The translations under genes were made by a program, and so were the position numbers. A stretch of DNA of 63,622 nucleotides, filler included, from Choristocarpus tenellus KU-1152 (taxonomy: Eukaryota > Protista > Phaeophyceae), in assembly GCA_964200185.2 (NCBI GenBank). It is 12 parts of 12 records of this genome, joined end to end, with 100 filler letters (N's around TTAATTAATTAA, not from the genome) between each part and the next. Parts side by side here need not be neighbours in the genome. Positions count along the whole stretch, not along the records: positions 8,210 to 14,190 come from CAXNAD020009247.1; positions 14,291 to 21,917 come from CAXNAD020005851.1; positions 22,018 to 29,607 come from CAXNAD020005916.1; 9 more parts are not named here. One strand, written 5' to 3'. Shown here piece after piece: positions 12,984 to 25,700 of this stretch (its first letter is position 1; each line of letters starts with the position of its first letter). The notes below the pieces were generated by a model. It made no database searches and had not been told where the DNA came from. It saw only the letters and a list, made by a program, of their open reading frames with translations.

Positions 12984-14290
12984 CTGCGGTGTAGAGACTG
13001 AAAAATGGGTGTAACGTGTAACTGCTGTAACTGCCATCAGAAAAAAAAGAAAGAAGACAACAGATCTCCTTCACCGTAGTCTCGCTGCGATGTTGAAAAG
13101 AATAAAAAAAATTGACGTTACAACAATCTCGGCTCACGACATTGAAATGTAGAACCTTAACTCTTTTTAACTCTTTTTTTTTTAGACAAGTTGATGTGTG
13201 TGTGTGTTTGTTTTTTTTTAATAATGCCGTAACAAAGTCAGCTGCGCGTGTCGGATTACAATTACAGAAAGGTTGCGATGATACTGCCATGTTTCACGTG
13301 ATACTGTTCTAATATTCACAGTGATACTGTTCTGATAACATGCGAACACGCTAGTTCCTGCCACATCATGCGCCTACGATGCAACAACGATTTGATCTCT
13401 CCAATACACAATCGCTCGGGAGAGAAAAAAAAAAAATTGAATGCAGAAGAGGGTATTCATATTCTCACCGTTGAAAATAACGCCTCCGTATCGCTCTGTA
13501 GAGATTTTTTTCTTGAGCTCGACCAATCCGATGCACCGGCTACGTTAATGTTAATGTTGTTTTGTTTTGTTTTGTTTTTTTCATAGTACTTTCGGAGACT
13601 GATCGTCGCGCCTGCTCGCCATTTTTATGTTCTGAAACTGAACCGAACGGTGTTTTTTTTTTAATTAACTACTTCTTCTCACTTCTGCAACCGTAATATC
13701 ACGGTGGAAAAAAAAGAAGAGTGGTTCGTGATTACTCTGTAGCGCTACGGAGCGATACAAGGGAAGGACGTCAATGCTACGGTGGTGCTACGGTAGTGCG
13801 ACAAGGTCTCTAAAAAATGTCTGATTTTTTTTGTTTGTTTTTAACACGAAATGGGAACGAACACGCTCAGGTGCTACCACTCATCGTCCCCCGGATGCAA
13901 GGCGCCTAGAGAGTTTTGGAAGGATCATCTTACCATCCATGGACTGTGGCCTGACTACGGAGATGGAACGTGAGGCGTTATTACGGTGCTGTTTCGGTTT
14001 ATTTATTATTTATTTATTATTTATTTATTTGTGTGAAATTGGGTTTTGTTGACATACGACTCTTGGAACAAAGCTTTTTCTTCAAGAGAGAGCAGGAAAT
14101 AATCTGAGTTTGGGTGTGGGGGGAGGGGGGGGCGGGGGGGGTTTACAGAGTTGTAGAAAAAAAAAATAAAACAAAAGGAATTGGGAATTANNNNNNNNNN
14201 NNNNNNNNNNNNNNNNNNNNNNNNNNNNNNNNNNTTAATTAATTAANNNNNNNNNNNNNNNNNNNNNNNNNNNNNNNNNNNNNNNNNNNN

Positions 14291-14334
14291 GGACACCCTG
14301 GTGTAGGCCCCCCCCCCCCCAGATACTGTGAGCC
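14291..14334 (-). mobile_element. Family B DNA-transposon end (GG[C/G]TCAAAGTATCTGGGGGG...). Other ends at ~21867-21917, 22018-22089, 34759-34800, 39882-39914, 45157-45256, 45879-45950, 52577-52653
   Basis: Recurrent terminus shares CAAAGTATCT with family A, followed by a G-run and an inner GTCC(A/G)TT motif. Most copies sit at contig ends. Confidence 0.65.
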
Positions 14335-14829
14335 GAAGGAGTGTGGGTGTGGAGAGGTTAGTAGAGTAATTATTCTTGTATTGTGTACCTTTGGGACCAC
14401 GGTATAGGCTGGTCCAGGCTGATGTGTGAGATAGTCATGGTAAGAACTGCTGTTATTGTTGTTCATTCCTGTACGTTGCAATCACCTTAGCCTTGGGACT
14501 ATTCTGACAATGGGCAGAGGCACTATCACTATACACACTGCAGTACTTCCCATACAATTTCTACTGAGTAACTGTTGCACTACAGCTATTTGAACTGAGT
14601 CTGTTACTGCCTTGCTTGTCCATGTTGGGTTCAGCAATCTCACTGCTTGTCGCTCTAGTTCCTCCCTTCAATCTTGTGCTGGAGCCACCTCAAGGTTTGC
14701 ACCTTGATATCGATCGGCGTTTTTTGTGATATATTTACAGGCAGTGAAGTGAGTGTAGTATAGGTGTACAAACCGTTGTGCTCATATGAGTGGAATTGGA
14801 TATTCAAAACCAGATTTCCGTGAAAAAGG

Positions 14830-14900
14830 TCTAATGCCGAAGGGGTTTGAACCTGCGAAATCCATGCGGGAAACAGACTTTTCACCACTTGACCATGAGA
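14830..14900 (-). mobile_element. tRNA-derived SINE-like head (degenerate)
   Basis: The minus strand has an A-box-like TGGTCAAGTGG and a B-box-like GGTTCAAACCC at tRNA-like spacing. No complete cloverleaf. Confidence 0.4.
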
Positions 14901-15041
14901 AGGTCATTAGTAAAACCATGATAACTGTAAAACCAGTTCTCGCAGTTGTGATTACACACACTTCAAAGTACATGCACCAAAAACAAGCACAATACATACC
15001 CAAGTTCATGAAGTCATATTCCGTGCCCCCTGCAATTGCAG

Positions 15042-18000
15042 AGGGACCCCGGAGGCGTTTTCGAATGACGAAATCGCTGCAGCACTTGCAATGGAGGTTG
15101 TCAAAAAGGGCTGGGACGCAGAATTCACGAACACCATGAAGAACTTCGCCTATGTACCCCTGATGCACTCGGAGAGAATGGAACCTCAGGTGAGCGTGGC
15201 GAGGAGTGCGTTCTAGGGTTAGGGTTAGTGTTGCTGTGGTTGCGAGATGTCACGTGGTGGTGATGGTTTGCTTTGGTGAAGTGCAGTTTTTTCAAGTTAG
15301 CAGGTTTATACTCTCTTACGATTTTTATGAAGTTTGGTCTCTCTAAGAAAGATTAGGACATTTGTTCGTAAGTATGTATTTTTTGTTCCTGAAATTGTAT
15401 TTCACTTCTTGATATGTACTTTTTTGTTGTTCCTGAAATCGTATTAACTTCTTGAGATATACTTTTTTGTTGCTGAAATCGTATTAACTTCTTGAGATAT
15501 ACTTTTTTTGTGGTGTTTTGTTGTGATGTGTTAGGTACAGGGCAGTCGTTGGTTGATGTACCTCAAGCTTCGAATGTACGGGGTAGTCTGCGCCACTTAG
15601 AAGGCTGTGCTTCTCGATAAATCAATCTTTAATTGCAAGGATTGCTTCTCTAACCCAGTTGGTTTTACTCATTGGCGTTTTTGTGAGGTTTGCTACACTA
15701 ACCCTAACCCTAACCAAGAATCCGCGTTTTTAACGGGTACTGTTAGGAACCATCGAAAATTGTATGGCCTGTTGAAAGATCAAAGACCAAGCAATATTCT
15801 TGTGTACAGTCCCCATCAAGATTTTATGGGAGGTATGCAGGCGTTGTATACCCCCATGCAATCATTTTTTAGTTGACAGGGACACAGTGGAAAGGAACTG
15901 TAGGGTTAGGGTTCCTTTTTTTGATTTCACAATGAGTCCAAACTTGGCGGCGAGGTGAAAACAGAGCAAGAGATATGTGAGGAGCACCAGGTCAGATCAC
16001 ACTCCACAAAATACACTCTGATTATTATGCTCGCTGGGATGTTCTAAATTGTTGGTCCCTTCTGTTGCAATCGCATCAATCATGACTAACATAACATAAC
16101 ATACCATGACATGACATAACAAACATAACATACCATGACATGACATAACACAACATAACATAACATAACATACCATTACACAACACAACACAACACAACA
16201 CAACATAACATAACATAACATAACATACCAATAAGCTTTGTGAATTGAAACACTGTATACCTCGCAAGACACAAGGACGATCATACAACATGGATCCCCT
16301 TTAGGGTCTTTTTCTTGCAGTTGTTTCTATCCACTTTGCTTGTTTCTTGCTGCATATTGGAACAATTATCAAAGGGTTTACTTTACACCTTACACGATTC
16401 CCAAGAGGAACTCTTTGGTCGCCACCCTCAAAACCTACTTGCTCATCTCTGGGATGAGGTACTTCAAATCAAGTGTACATGTGCATTGTCACTTAGTACC
16501 TACTCCGGCATGTGGAAGTCAGCCCAACCTTCCCGAGGACTTGTTTGAGACCGGTGTTACATTGCTTATTTTTGAGCGTTTTTTTCCTTCAAATATATAT
16601 ATATATATATATATATTGTTCCAGTGTATATGTATAATTATCGTTATTGTAATCAGAACAGAAGGAAAGTGGCTCCACGGCATGGATCCCTCGTCCATTG
16701 TAACCTTAGACCCTAACGCTAATCCTAGCCCTAGCCCTAAGTAAACTGGTAAATTGTGATCATAAATGTGAAGGGCAGTACCATGTTTTTGTGGCCTGTC
16801 AGGATGGTTTAACATTGTCGAGGAGCCTGAATGTCTTCTTTTGTGTATGTGTGTTTTCCTCTCACTGTATGTACGTGTTTTAACTGAAGCAAGAAATCGT
16901 TTATATCCCTTGGTTGTACTGCAAATGCCTCTTGTACCTCAGACACCTGATGTACATTCCAGCCAAGCCAGCCTTGAGGAAATCAAAATGCCACTTGCTG
17001 CACTGATGTTGATCACCAATATTCCACTTCTCTCTCTCTCTCTCTCTCCCTCCCTCCCTCCCTCCTCTCTCCCTCTTCTTGTCCACCTCTCTGATTGCAT
17101 GTAGGTTTCAGTCCAAGTCCGACGGTGTGATTATAATCGTTGTACTTAGTAAGAACCATCTCATCTTAAATCAATCGTACGCGTTTTTTCTAGACGCTCG
17201 ACTCTAGTGCCCCCCCTCCCCCTCCCCCTCCCCATCTCCCTCCCCCCAAAGAAATGGATTTCATTAAATAAACACCACCTGTGTTGTTGATGCCACTATC
17301 ATGTACAGGATAAGTGCGTGGAACTGTTTGAGGGCATCGTAGAGGCTGAACCAGAGAACGAGAAGATGAAGAATGTCCTTGGCATGGCAATGGACCATAG
17401 GGATGTTATCAGCCAGTTCGGGAGGTGAGGTTCTTACTCTGGTACACCATATTGCCTGGTTTCGGTTTGTCTCCAGGAAGTGACTAACCCGAACGATGTA
17501 GTATGTGTGTATGTGTGTGTTTTTTTGTAGGGTGATATTGTTGCTCCAGAGATTTTGTTTTGGAATGTGCTGTGTCACATTGTACGGTTTTTTGTTCGCC
17601 TACATTATACTCCGGTGGTGCAGGTACTGTCATACTTGGTCCTCGGGTGGTGCAGGTACTGTCATACTTGGTTCTTGGGTGGTGTAGGTACTGTCATACT
17701 TGGTCCTCGGCTGGTGAAGGTACTGTCATACTTGGTTCCAAGTAATAACCAGGGTCCTGAACGATCATATTTTGCTTACTTTCAGTTGACGAGTGGTACC
17801 AGCAAGGTACTGCAAGCGCTGCTGCCCTTGCTTTGGGTTCCCCTACAGTACCTACCATGCACCACAAGTACTGTATTCAAAGGAGTCATAACTGTGCCGT
17901 AGTGTGTGTATTATTCCCCGGGGATCGGTCCCATTGGTACTTTAGACCATACAGGTACGGTCCAAGTAAGGTTGTTTCTTTTCTGGAAAAGATTTTGTGA

Positions 18001-18185
18001 CGTTTTTCACCATTTGGCAAACATTAAAAAAAAAAAAAAAAAAACTTAGTATATTTTTCGGAGACAGTTGAGTAAAAACAGCAAGAATTTGTGTCATTTT
18101 TTTGAAGGAGTCAACAGTGATCTTGTCAGAACGTACAGTCCTTGCAGCCGAGCAGATCGTGTGGAACTTTCCTGGACCTTTCAGG

Positions 18186-18227
<42 letters not shown>

Positions 18228-19406
18228 AAGAGAGAGAGAGAGAGAGATGTGCAAGTATTGATGCATCCATGGTCCAAAGAAATCAACTACATAGCTGGGA
18301 TCCATAGTGGGTCTAAATGTGTCTGACTTGCCACGGGAATGTTGTATTGCATAAAACCAGCAACATGGATCTCCAAATGTTGTCGTAGAAGATGGAGTAA
18401 AACTACCAGTTGAGGTACTAGCAAAGGTGGTGTGCGGTTGCATTCAGTGAGTAGTATCATTCCAGGCAAAAAGCAGAGTGTTGGTGAGCAAAGTACTTGT
18501 ATAGGCCGTTAGAAGGTACAGTCCATGTGGGTTTGAGTGAAGTACTAGTACGGACAGTACGGCAAAGTTCCGGTACAGACTTTTCGGGCTGGGTTCCAAA
18601 TCACAAGCTTGAGACAATATCTGGTACTGGTGACCAACCAGGGGTAAATTGAAGTGACTTGTGTATTTCCAAAGTGCAGTTAGAGACCTCTGTCGATGTA
18701 TGTGTCATTACGTAATCACTTTGACCTTTTTAATATCTAAAACTGACATTTTTTTCAGACAGGATTATTCTCAGGTGATGCAAGCAAGGATAAGGATCGA
18801 TATTCTCCAATTGATCATGCCAGGGATATATATATATATATATATATGTCTCTGTCTGTGTCTGTGTCTGTGTGTTTGTGTCTGTATGTGTGTGTATGTA
18901 TATGTACAGAGTTGGGGTTAGGGTTAGGGTTTGGTCAGCGGTACAGTGTGTGACTGTGTGATAAACTGTCAATGGAATGCTGCGCTTAGCCCATACTGTG
19001 AGTAATGACCCGTATATCATCATACAAATACACCGACCTCTACATTACTACACTCCTCCGCCCTCCACATTTTAGAGTCCTATTACTATCACTTTATCGT
19101 GATATCTTGGTTTTGACTACAGATTTGTCCCAATATTTTAAACCAGTCTTAGTTTTTCATATTTCGTATTCTTTGAGGTCAAATTTTCCGTTTCGTTTTT
19201 TGCCGGCCCCCTAGGTTTCACATGTATAGTTTTCCTTTTGATCAAACTCTAGCCCTAACCCTACTACTGCATTTTGTGTGGGCAGGTTCCCTCACCGGAA
19301 TATGCCTTTGGGTCGTAAATCGACTCCAGAAGAGCTCGAGTGGCTTTCTGGCGATGATATCCCCATGTGGGCTAAGAGTCAAATGGTAAAAGAGGATGAT
19401 TCTTGA
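15042..19406 (+). CDS. DUF924-family protein, C-terminal exons 15042-15189, 17309-17424, 19286-19406
   Basis: GTPEAFSNDEIAAALAMEVVKKGWD...FAYVPLMHSERMEPQ | DKCVELFE...AMDHRDVISQFGR | FPHRNMPLGRKSTPEELEWL...stop. These are the typical DUF924 motifs, and all phases agree. Confidence 0.9.
15375..15510. repeat. ~3 tandem copies of a ~43-bp unit (TTTTTGTT..CTGAAATCGTATTAACTTCTTGAGATATAC)
   Basis: Seen directly in a DUF924 intron. Confidence 0.8.
16083..16230. repeat. Pentanucleotide (CATAA/CACAA/CATGA)n satellite
   Basis: Seen directly. Confidence 0.9.
17614..17739. repeat. Minisatellite, 4 x 32 bp (GGTGGTGCAGGTACTGTCATACTTGGTCCTCG)
   Basis: Head-to-tail units with no spacers, in an intron. Confidence 0.9.
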
Positions 19407-19540
19407 TCCTTCGTTCGTACATTGTCTTCTCTGGAGCTAGCTACAGATTTTCTCGACTCCTGTGGAGAATATTGAACCTTTAAAATAGTAACAGCTACAA
19501 CTATAAGCAATGTTAAAGAAGGTGGTGTTTCCCAAGGCTT

Positions 19541-19797
19541 GAGTGAAAGTATCTTAGAGGGTACAGGTTTTGCCCTGTTTGTCCGTTTGGGGCTTGTCTT
19601 CCCACAGTTTTTTTAATGACATTTTACCTCTGAAATATTTCAGAGTAGGTAAAATGTATGCGTTATAAAAATATGTCTCCAGAACAAGGATATTGGCGCT
19701 TTCTAACAAACATAACAGCCAAAATTACATTAAAATCGCATTATTGGATTTTGACCCTCAAACGGATGCGGCTCTACCCTCTATGATACTTCGACTC
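19541..19797 (+). mobile_element. MITE family A copy
   Basis: GAGTGAAAGTATCTTAGAGGGTA...TACCCTCTATGATACTTCGACTC. Confidence 0.85.
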
Positions 19798-19809
19798 AAA
19801 ATATTATTT

Positions 19810-20750
19810 CATTAATTTCTTGTTGAGGTGGAAGGTTATAGAAGATGTATGGAAGGAGAAAGGAGGAGTGAGCTTTCAAGCCCAAGTGAGGATCTCTTCC
19901 ACCAAGTCTAGCCTATAGTGTGGATCACTAATCACTAATCATAAATTACTTTCTACAATGTTTCCTATTCCTGAATGAATCTTTTCATGTTCTAGTTCTT
20001 TAACCCATACCTATGATGATACATTAAGAACATGGCAACACTACCTAACAATAAGTGAGGTGCTCTTTTTTGGATAGTTCCTACCTACAAACAATTGCTG
20101 ATCAATCGAGTCCTTTGACAGCTGAACAATGCATGGTGAACATATCTCTCCATAGAAGGCAATATTATTGAGTCTTTCTGTACCCAAACATCACTTTGTA
20201 GTATGATTCCTACTATTGTCCGCCCAACATATCTCAACATGTGAGAGAGGACAAGCTTTGCAGACCCAAGTACAAAATTGAACTGTGTATCATTACGCAG
20301 CCTGCATACCATGGGGAATACATGCATACATTTTTTAATGGGCACACAACCATATTCCTTGACTAAAGTGGACAATGAGACCTCACAGTCACCATCCAAA
20401 CACATGATGATCACAATACCTTACGACGCTAATTACAATCTCCTCTACACACAAGTGTGAGAACGTACTTTGTGGAGGCTTGAAATGACTCGTCCTCCTT
20501 CCTTGGGAAACGATGCCTGCACCCACCATAGCATGGCAGATATACGTGCAGGCACAACCCACATAAAGGAAGGTGTTAGTTCGAGCTGCAGGGTTTACAA
20601 TATACACATGATTTTAAAGGTGGGATTGGTGCCAGAATTAGTGCCAATAGATGCCCCAAATGATGCCTTGCCATACCCCCAAACCGACAGTTTTTCGCAA
20701 TCGATGCTGAGTCAAAGTAAGCGAGAGGTACCCAGAGTTGCATTATGAAG
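19810..20750 (+). pseudogene. Degenerate transposase remnant, possibly KDZ (Kyakuja-Dileera-Zisupton)-like
   Basis: Broken frames contain ..HGEYMHTFF.., TIPYDANYNLL..ER.. and GNDACTHHSM..GVSSS. The order resembles the KDZ C-x-HG / YD-x-x-C-x-L / NH-x-x-C / NS motifs. Many stops and frameshifts. Confidence 0.35.
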
Positions 20751-22767
20751 GTGTCAGCAAAATGTGTGCAAAATTTGACTTTTTAAGGCTTTTTTACAAA
20801 TGTGTATCGGATATTGTCCGAATTATATCGGAATGTTTCAAACAAGAGAGATATAAGTCCTCTCAACTCAAACTTGGAAATTCATCCGTAGAAAAGTGGG
20901 CTATTACAAAAGATTGAAAACCTGACTTATAATTCAAAATGACCAAAAACTGGGTACCTCTTGTTTACCTTGGCTCTCGCTCATCTCCAGTTTACTGATT
21001 ATATAGTCACACATAATACAGTACCGAGTAGTGCTCTATGGTGTACAAGTTTGTTGAACTTCTACCGTCATTCTGAGAGTCTTGTGGGCTTGGTTGAGTT
21101 TGTGTACTCTGGAGAACTTTGTGTAGTGGCGCCAGATCTTGGAAGTAGGCCATGGATCTCACTTGCATCTTGAAGGATGCAACCTCTACCCACTGAATAT
21201 ATGTATGCATACCTCGCCATATGTTGTCCAAAATCCAGCGTTGGTATCCCTACATAAGAATGCATTTATGCCCATCGATGGCATTTCTAAATGTCATCCT
21301 AAGCTGTGTGAAACCAACTTCAATCGAATTTGTGAGACCTTTGCGTTGCCGTTAGAGGTAAATTTGAGAATTTAAGCCCCAAAAATGCAAAATTTACAAA
21401 GTTACAATTTGTGCATGAACAGGTTGCTCCTTGGCCTAGATAGATTCGCACTATCCACTCACATGTGTCTAGATGCCTAAAAAAATGTAAACGGGATTTT
21501 GTGGGATACATGTATCTCCACCGCACAGCAATGCTTCACACCATAATCTGTGGCAGCCTGTAGTGCATGCTAGTACATGAGGTGGCTACATAGTGCTGCA
21601 AGCACTAAGTGGCAGTTGGTGGTTAAACGTAGCCATCCTATCTGACGTCTGAGGGTGGTATCGTTGGGTACTTGTGGTGCATATGATTGCCTTCTGGTAG
21701 ATCCGCTTCTAACACTCAGGATTGCTAGCACTTATGTGAAGATTCCGTCTTCTCTTCTGCAGCCGCAGTATCTTAAGGGGAGTTAGTTTCATATCAGGGA
21801 TGAGGAATGTGGTGTCAGGTAGGTGAAGATACGGGTCCAAAATACTCGAATGGGCCCTAAAATGAGGGTCAAAGTATCTTGGGGGGTGTGTGTGTGGTTT
21901 GTGAGGGGGCGTCCGTTNNNNNNNNNNNNNNNNNNNNNNNNNNNNNNNNNNNNNNNNNNNNTTAATTAATTAANNNNNNNNNNNNNNNNNNNNNNNNNNN
22001 NNNNNNNNNNNNNNNNNCTTTTCCTGGTCAGGGCCCAAACGGACACCCTGGTGTAGAACTCCCCCCCCCCCTTTCGATACTATGAGCCTTAAATTTTCTC
22101 GAGCGTCATACATACAAATAATTATATGAGAAAATCGGTGAAAAGAAAATATTTTATTATTCGATCATACCACATGTTCATCCAATTTAGAAACGAAACA
22201 TTTTCTACATATCCCACAAAGCAAAAAAGATGGAAGAATGATCCCAATACACAGAGAGAAACAGAGCACTTCCTTAAAATTCTACGTGGACAATTATTTT
22301 TTGTATACGATGTAAGAGTGACTATAATTATTTTAATTTTTGAACCTTTATTTTAGTAGGTTGAAAGGTGATGAAGAACAATATAAGAAATAAAATACAT
22401 GGACAAAATGAACCGACCCACTTTCCCCACTCAAACATTTACTCCCTTGTTCGTCTGTTAGCTTCCTCTTGGTCGAGGTCAGCGTGAAGCGGTAAGGTAC
22501 GGTATTCTATCCTCGAGATCAATTGGCTTACTAATATTAATTGTGCATATTACATTGTATCCTTGGTGCAGCAATTGCTTGAAACCGATCGTTGTTCCTC
22601 GAGTTAAAGTGTCGATTTTGGAAATCGTTTATTTTCGTTCTGGTCGATCGAGGCATACATGACACCCGACTGGTTCTCCCTATTTACAGTTACCCACCGT
22701 AAAGCTATGTACCAATGCAGTAACTTCTAGCTTCTCGTATTTCCCCCTTTGCAGTCTTTCAGAGGAT

Positions 22768-25700
22768 ATGACTCAGATACTCGGCATGATTCTGCGAGCT
22801 GCAGTAATCGGTATGGTTGGTATCAACTTCTTGGTTCCCTACACACAAGGATCGTGTTCTAATTTCGGTGATATGGTGAGCTGGCAGTGATGCGAAGTGT
22901 GGCATTGTTCTCTTGTGAGATTTCTTAGACCTTTAAGCCCTCGGCAGGAAACCCCTAACCAAGTTAGATACTCCATCCTTCAGCATACAGAGTAATGCCA
23001 AAACGCGTACAATACATATAATCTAGAGATCCTGTATCGAGTAAGCTGTTGTTCCAGTATATTGCATAACGTCGGAGGTATTGCGGGATACGCTATGGCT
23101 AAGTTTCATGTTTTACAGCAAAACGATAGAAAGGCAAAGTGTGTGGGAAATGGGATGGGCAACAATGACACCATCTATAGCGCTTTCTCTTTTAGGTCGC
23201 GTAGAATGTTTTTATTGGCATTGGTGTCGCATTGGGGATCATCAATGCTACTGTAAGAGGCATAGCTATGTTTGAACTCGATGCCTTTGATCTGCTGTTT
23301 GGTTTGCTCGGGTTGTCATAGGTGACCAATGCTTGACCACGTGCCGTTCTGTTCGTTCATGTGTCTTCCGTATTATTCTTGATTAATTTCAACTCTGCAT
23401 ACTTAAGTGCTCTATGAGTGATGCGGATACTACAATCAGTGGGTGTAGCAGTTCAGCTATGGGAAAATGCGGGGGATTCGGAACTACCCTATCCTGCTTT
23501 TCAGAAGATTCCGAAACCAACGGAGAGGTGAGAGAAGTTGGTTCCTACTCTCTTGCTGGTGAACAACCTTTGTTGCACCTGACTGTGATCGCATGTTTCA
23601 CCTGTGTGATGATAAAACGATTGGGGTTTGTTGACATATTAGTTTGAGCCGACTTCAACGTGCTCAGAAGTTGAACAGCTAGCCCCTTTCCTCCTTTGCT
23701 GAAGTCCACTAAGCACTATCCCAAGTAACTTTTTTTCTTGGCTAAACACAACATTGAAAAAGTGATCGGTGAAGAGATAGAGGTGAAGGGTAGGCTTTGT
23801 TTGAAGGTCACCAGATAGCAACACACAAACATAATAATAGGTGCTGGCCCCTGTTGTCATCAAATACAATAGCAAATTGACTCAGAAGAAGTGAGTCAAA
23901 TTATCTTAGAGGGTAGAGCCACGTCCATTTGGGGGTCAAAATCCAACGTTGCGATTTTGATGTAATTTTGGCGATTGTGTTTGTTAGGAAGTGTCAATAT
24001 CCATCTTTCCGACACACCTTTTCATAACGTATACGTTTTACTTCCTCAGAAACATTTTGGAGTAGGAAAATGTCATAAAAATACCATGGGGAGCCAAGCC
24101 CCAAATGGACAAACAGGGCAAAAATCGTACCCTCTAAGATACTTTCACTCAAGTGGGTGGTGGAGGGAGAGTTATAAACCTTAAATTTCGTGTATATTTC
24201 ATTTCCCTTCCATATTTTCAAAGCGGAAGGAGCAGTTCTGTGCCGCATACACTTGGAACTATAACAAATAGATTTTCCAAAATGCCATGTCTCCTTCAGC
24301 AATATTGAACTAGTGAGTGTCCATAATGTCAGTCCTCGTCAACAAGAATGAAATCTAGAAAGCATCTACATGTACGTATATATTATCCATACTTTGACAG
24401 AGCAACTCGATGTGTTACAACTTTTGTAATTGTGTGACCTCATTGTTCCTCCTCTCTTTGCGAGATACTTAGACATGTGGTGCTGCTGACGGCTGCATCT
24501 GCTTTGCGGGCTCATGCTTGGCAAAAATGGGTAGCGGTATATGTGGTGAGTAAGCAAAGAAGCTATCATGTCGATTTCTAGTTGTGCCTACTTTTTACAT
24601 AGATAAAAAAGCAGTATCGGTGAATGCCAAAGGGAAGGTATTGTTTCAGTTAGTATGAGAAAACAAGATGAAAGAGTGTAAGGAAGATTGAGTGGAATGA
24701 TGCTTAGGGCAAGAAGGAGTACTGATAAGCAACCATTTTTTCTGCTGAGAAGGTAAATTAATTATCCTGTGTGTCAAGAAAAAGTATTATCCTTAAAACA
24801 GAAATAGCACTTGTAAGATCAAGATGTTGTGACTTCCACAGCCTACAAAAACAGTGCTACTGATTTCACTGGTACTATTGTCTGTATTCAGGTAGGCATA
24901 GAAGTGTCATACAAATGATCTCAAATGCAGGACTTAAAATATAAAAACAGAATAGTGAAACTCTTTACCCCCAATCTGTCCTGGGCTATGAGCAATAAAT
25001 ATTAATTATTTTAGATTAATGTAGGAATTACACCTTTCACTCTTCCTTATGGAGAGTGACCAAATAGAAGTCTCCCTGTACGCCTTTTATATGCTTGGTT
25101 TTTCTCTCCTCACAATGGATGTGATGGACGGACTGTGATATTATTGAGTTTACTACCCACCCCATTTACGAGGAATATAAGCGGCTACACCACCCCACAT
25201 GCTCAATCCTCCTGCAGAGGGGGATAGTTCAGCAAGTGAGTAGGATTATTCAAGTGCTGTGCCCCAGCTTTATAATCTGGTTCACCCTAGCCACTACTTG
25301 TTCGAAATAGGGTTAGAGTCTCTACAATAGAAATCCATGGAAATATTTTATTTTTTGATGTACATGTTGGGTGACAATTCGCTCAGCCTGACCTGGACCG
25401 TTCTGATAGGAAATAGTCATAGACCTAAATGCTTTTTGCAATGTGGTGTAACAAGTAGCATCGTCTTTTTCTCATATCATGTTCTTTTTGCTCTATTCTT
25501 CTCTAACTGCTTATTCCTGAAGAGAATCCTCAAGCGCTCGGTGATCCTCATTTGGTCGGCTTCATGGGACAAAGGTTTGATGTTACTGGACAAGACGGAG
25601 GTGTCTATAACCTTGTGCACGAGGGGGAGTGCGACATCATCAACATGCGCGTGACTGCTCTACCCAGTCTGTCTGTTATCACCTACATTACGGCCTTGGG

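Noticed and set aside
14786-15139. 117-aa ORF as a gene
   Set aside because: The real DUF924 exon uses another frame from 15042. The upstream part overlaps SINE-like sequence.
17614-17739. 32-bp repeats as a CRISPR array
   Set aside because: The units are head-to-tail with no unique spacers, intronic, and have no cas genes nearby. It is a minisatellite.
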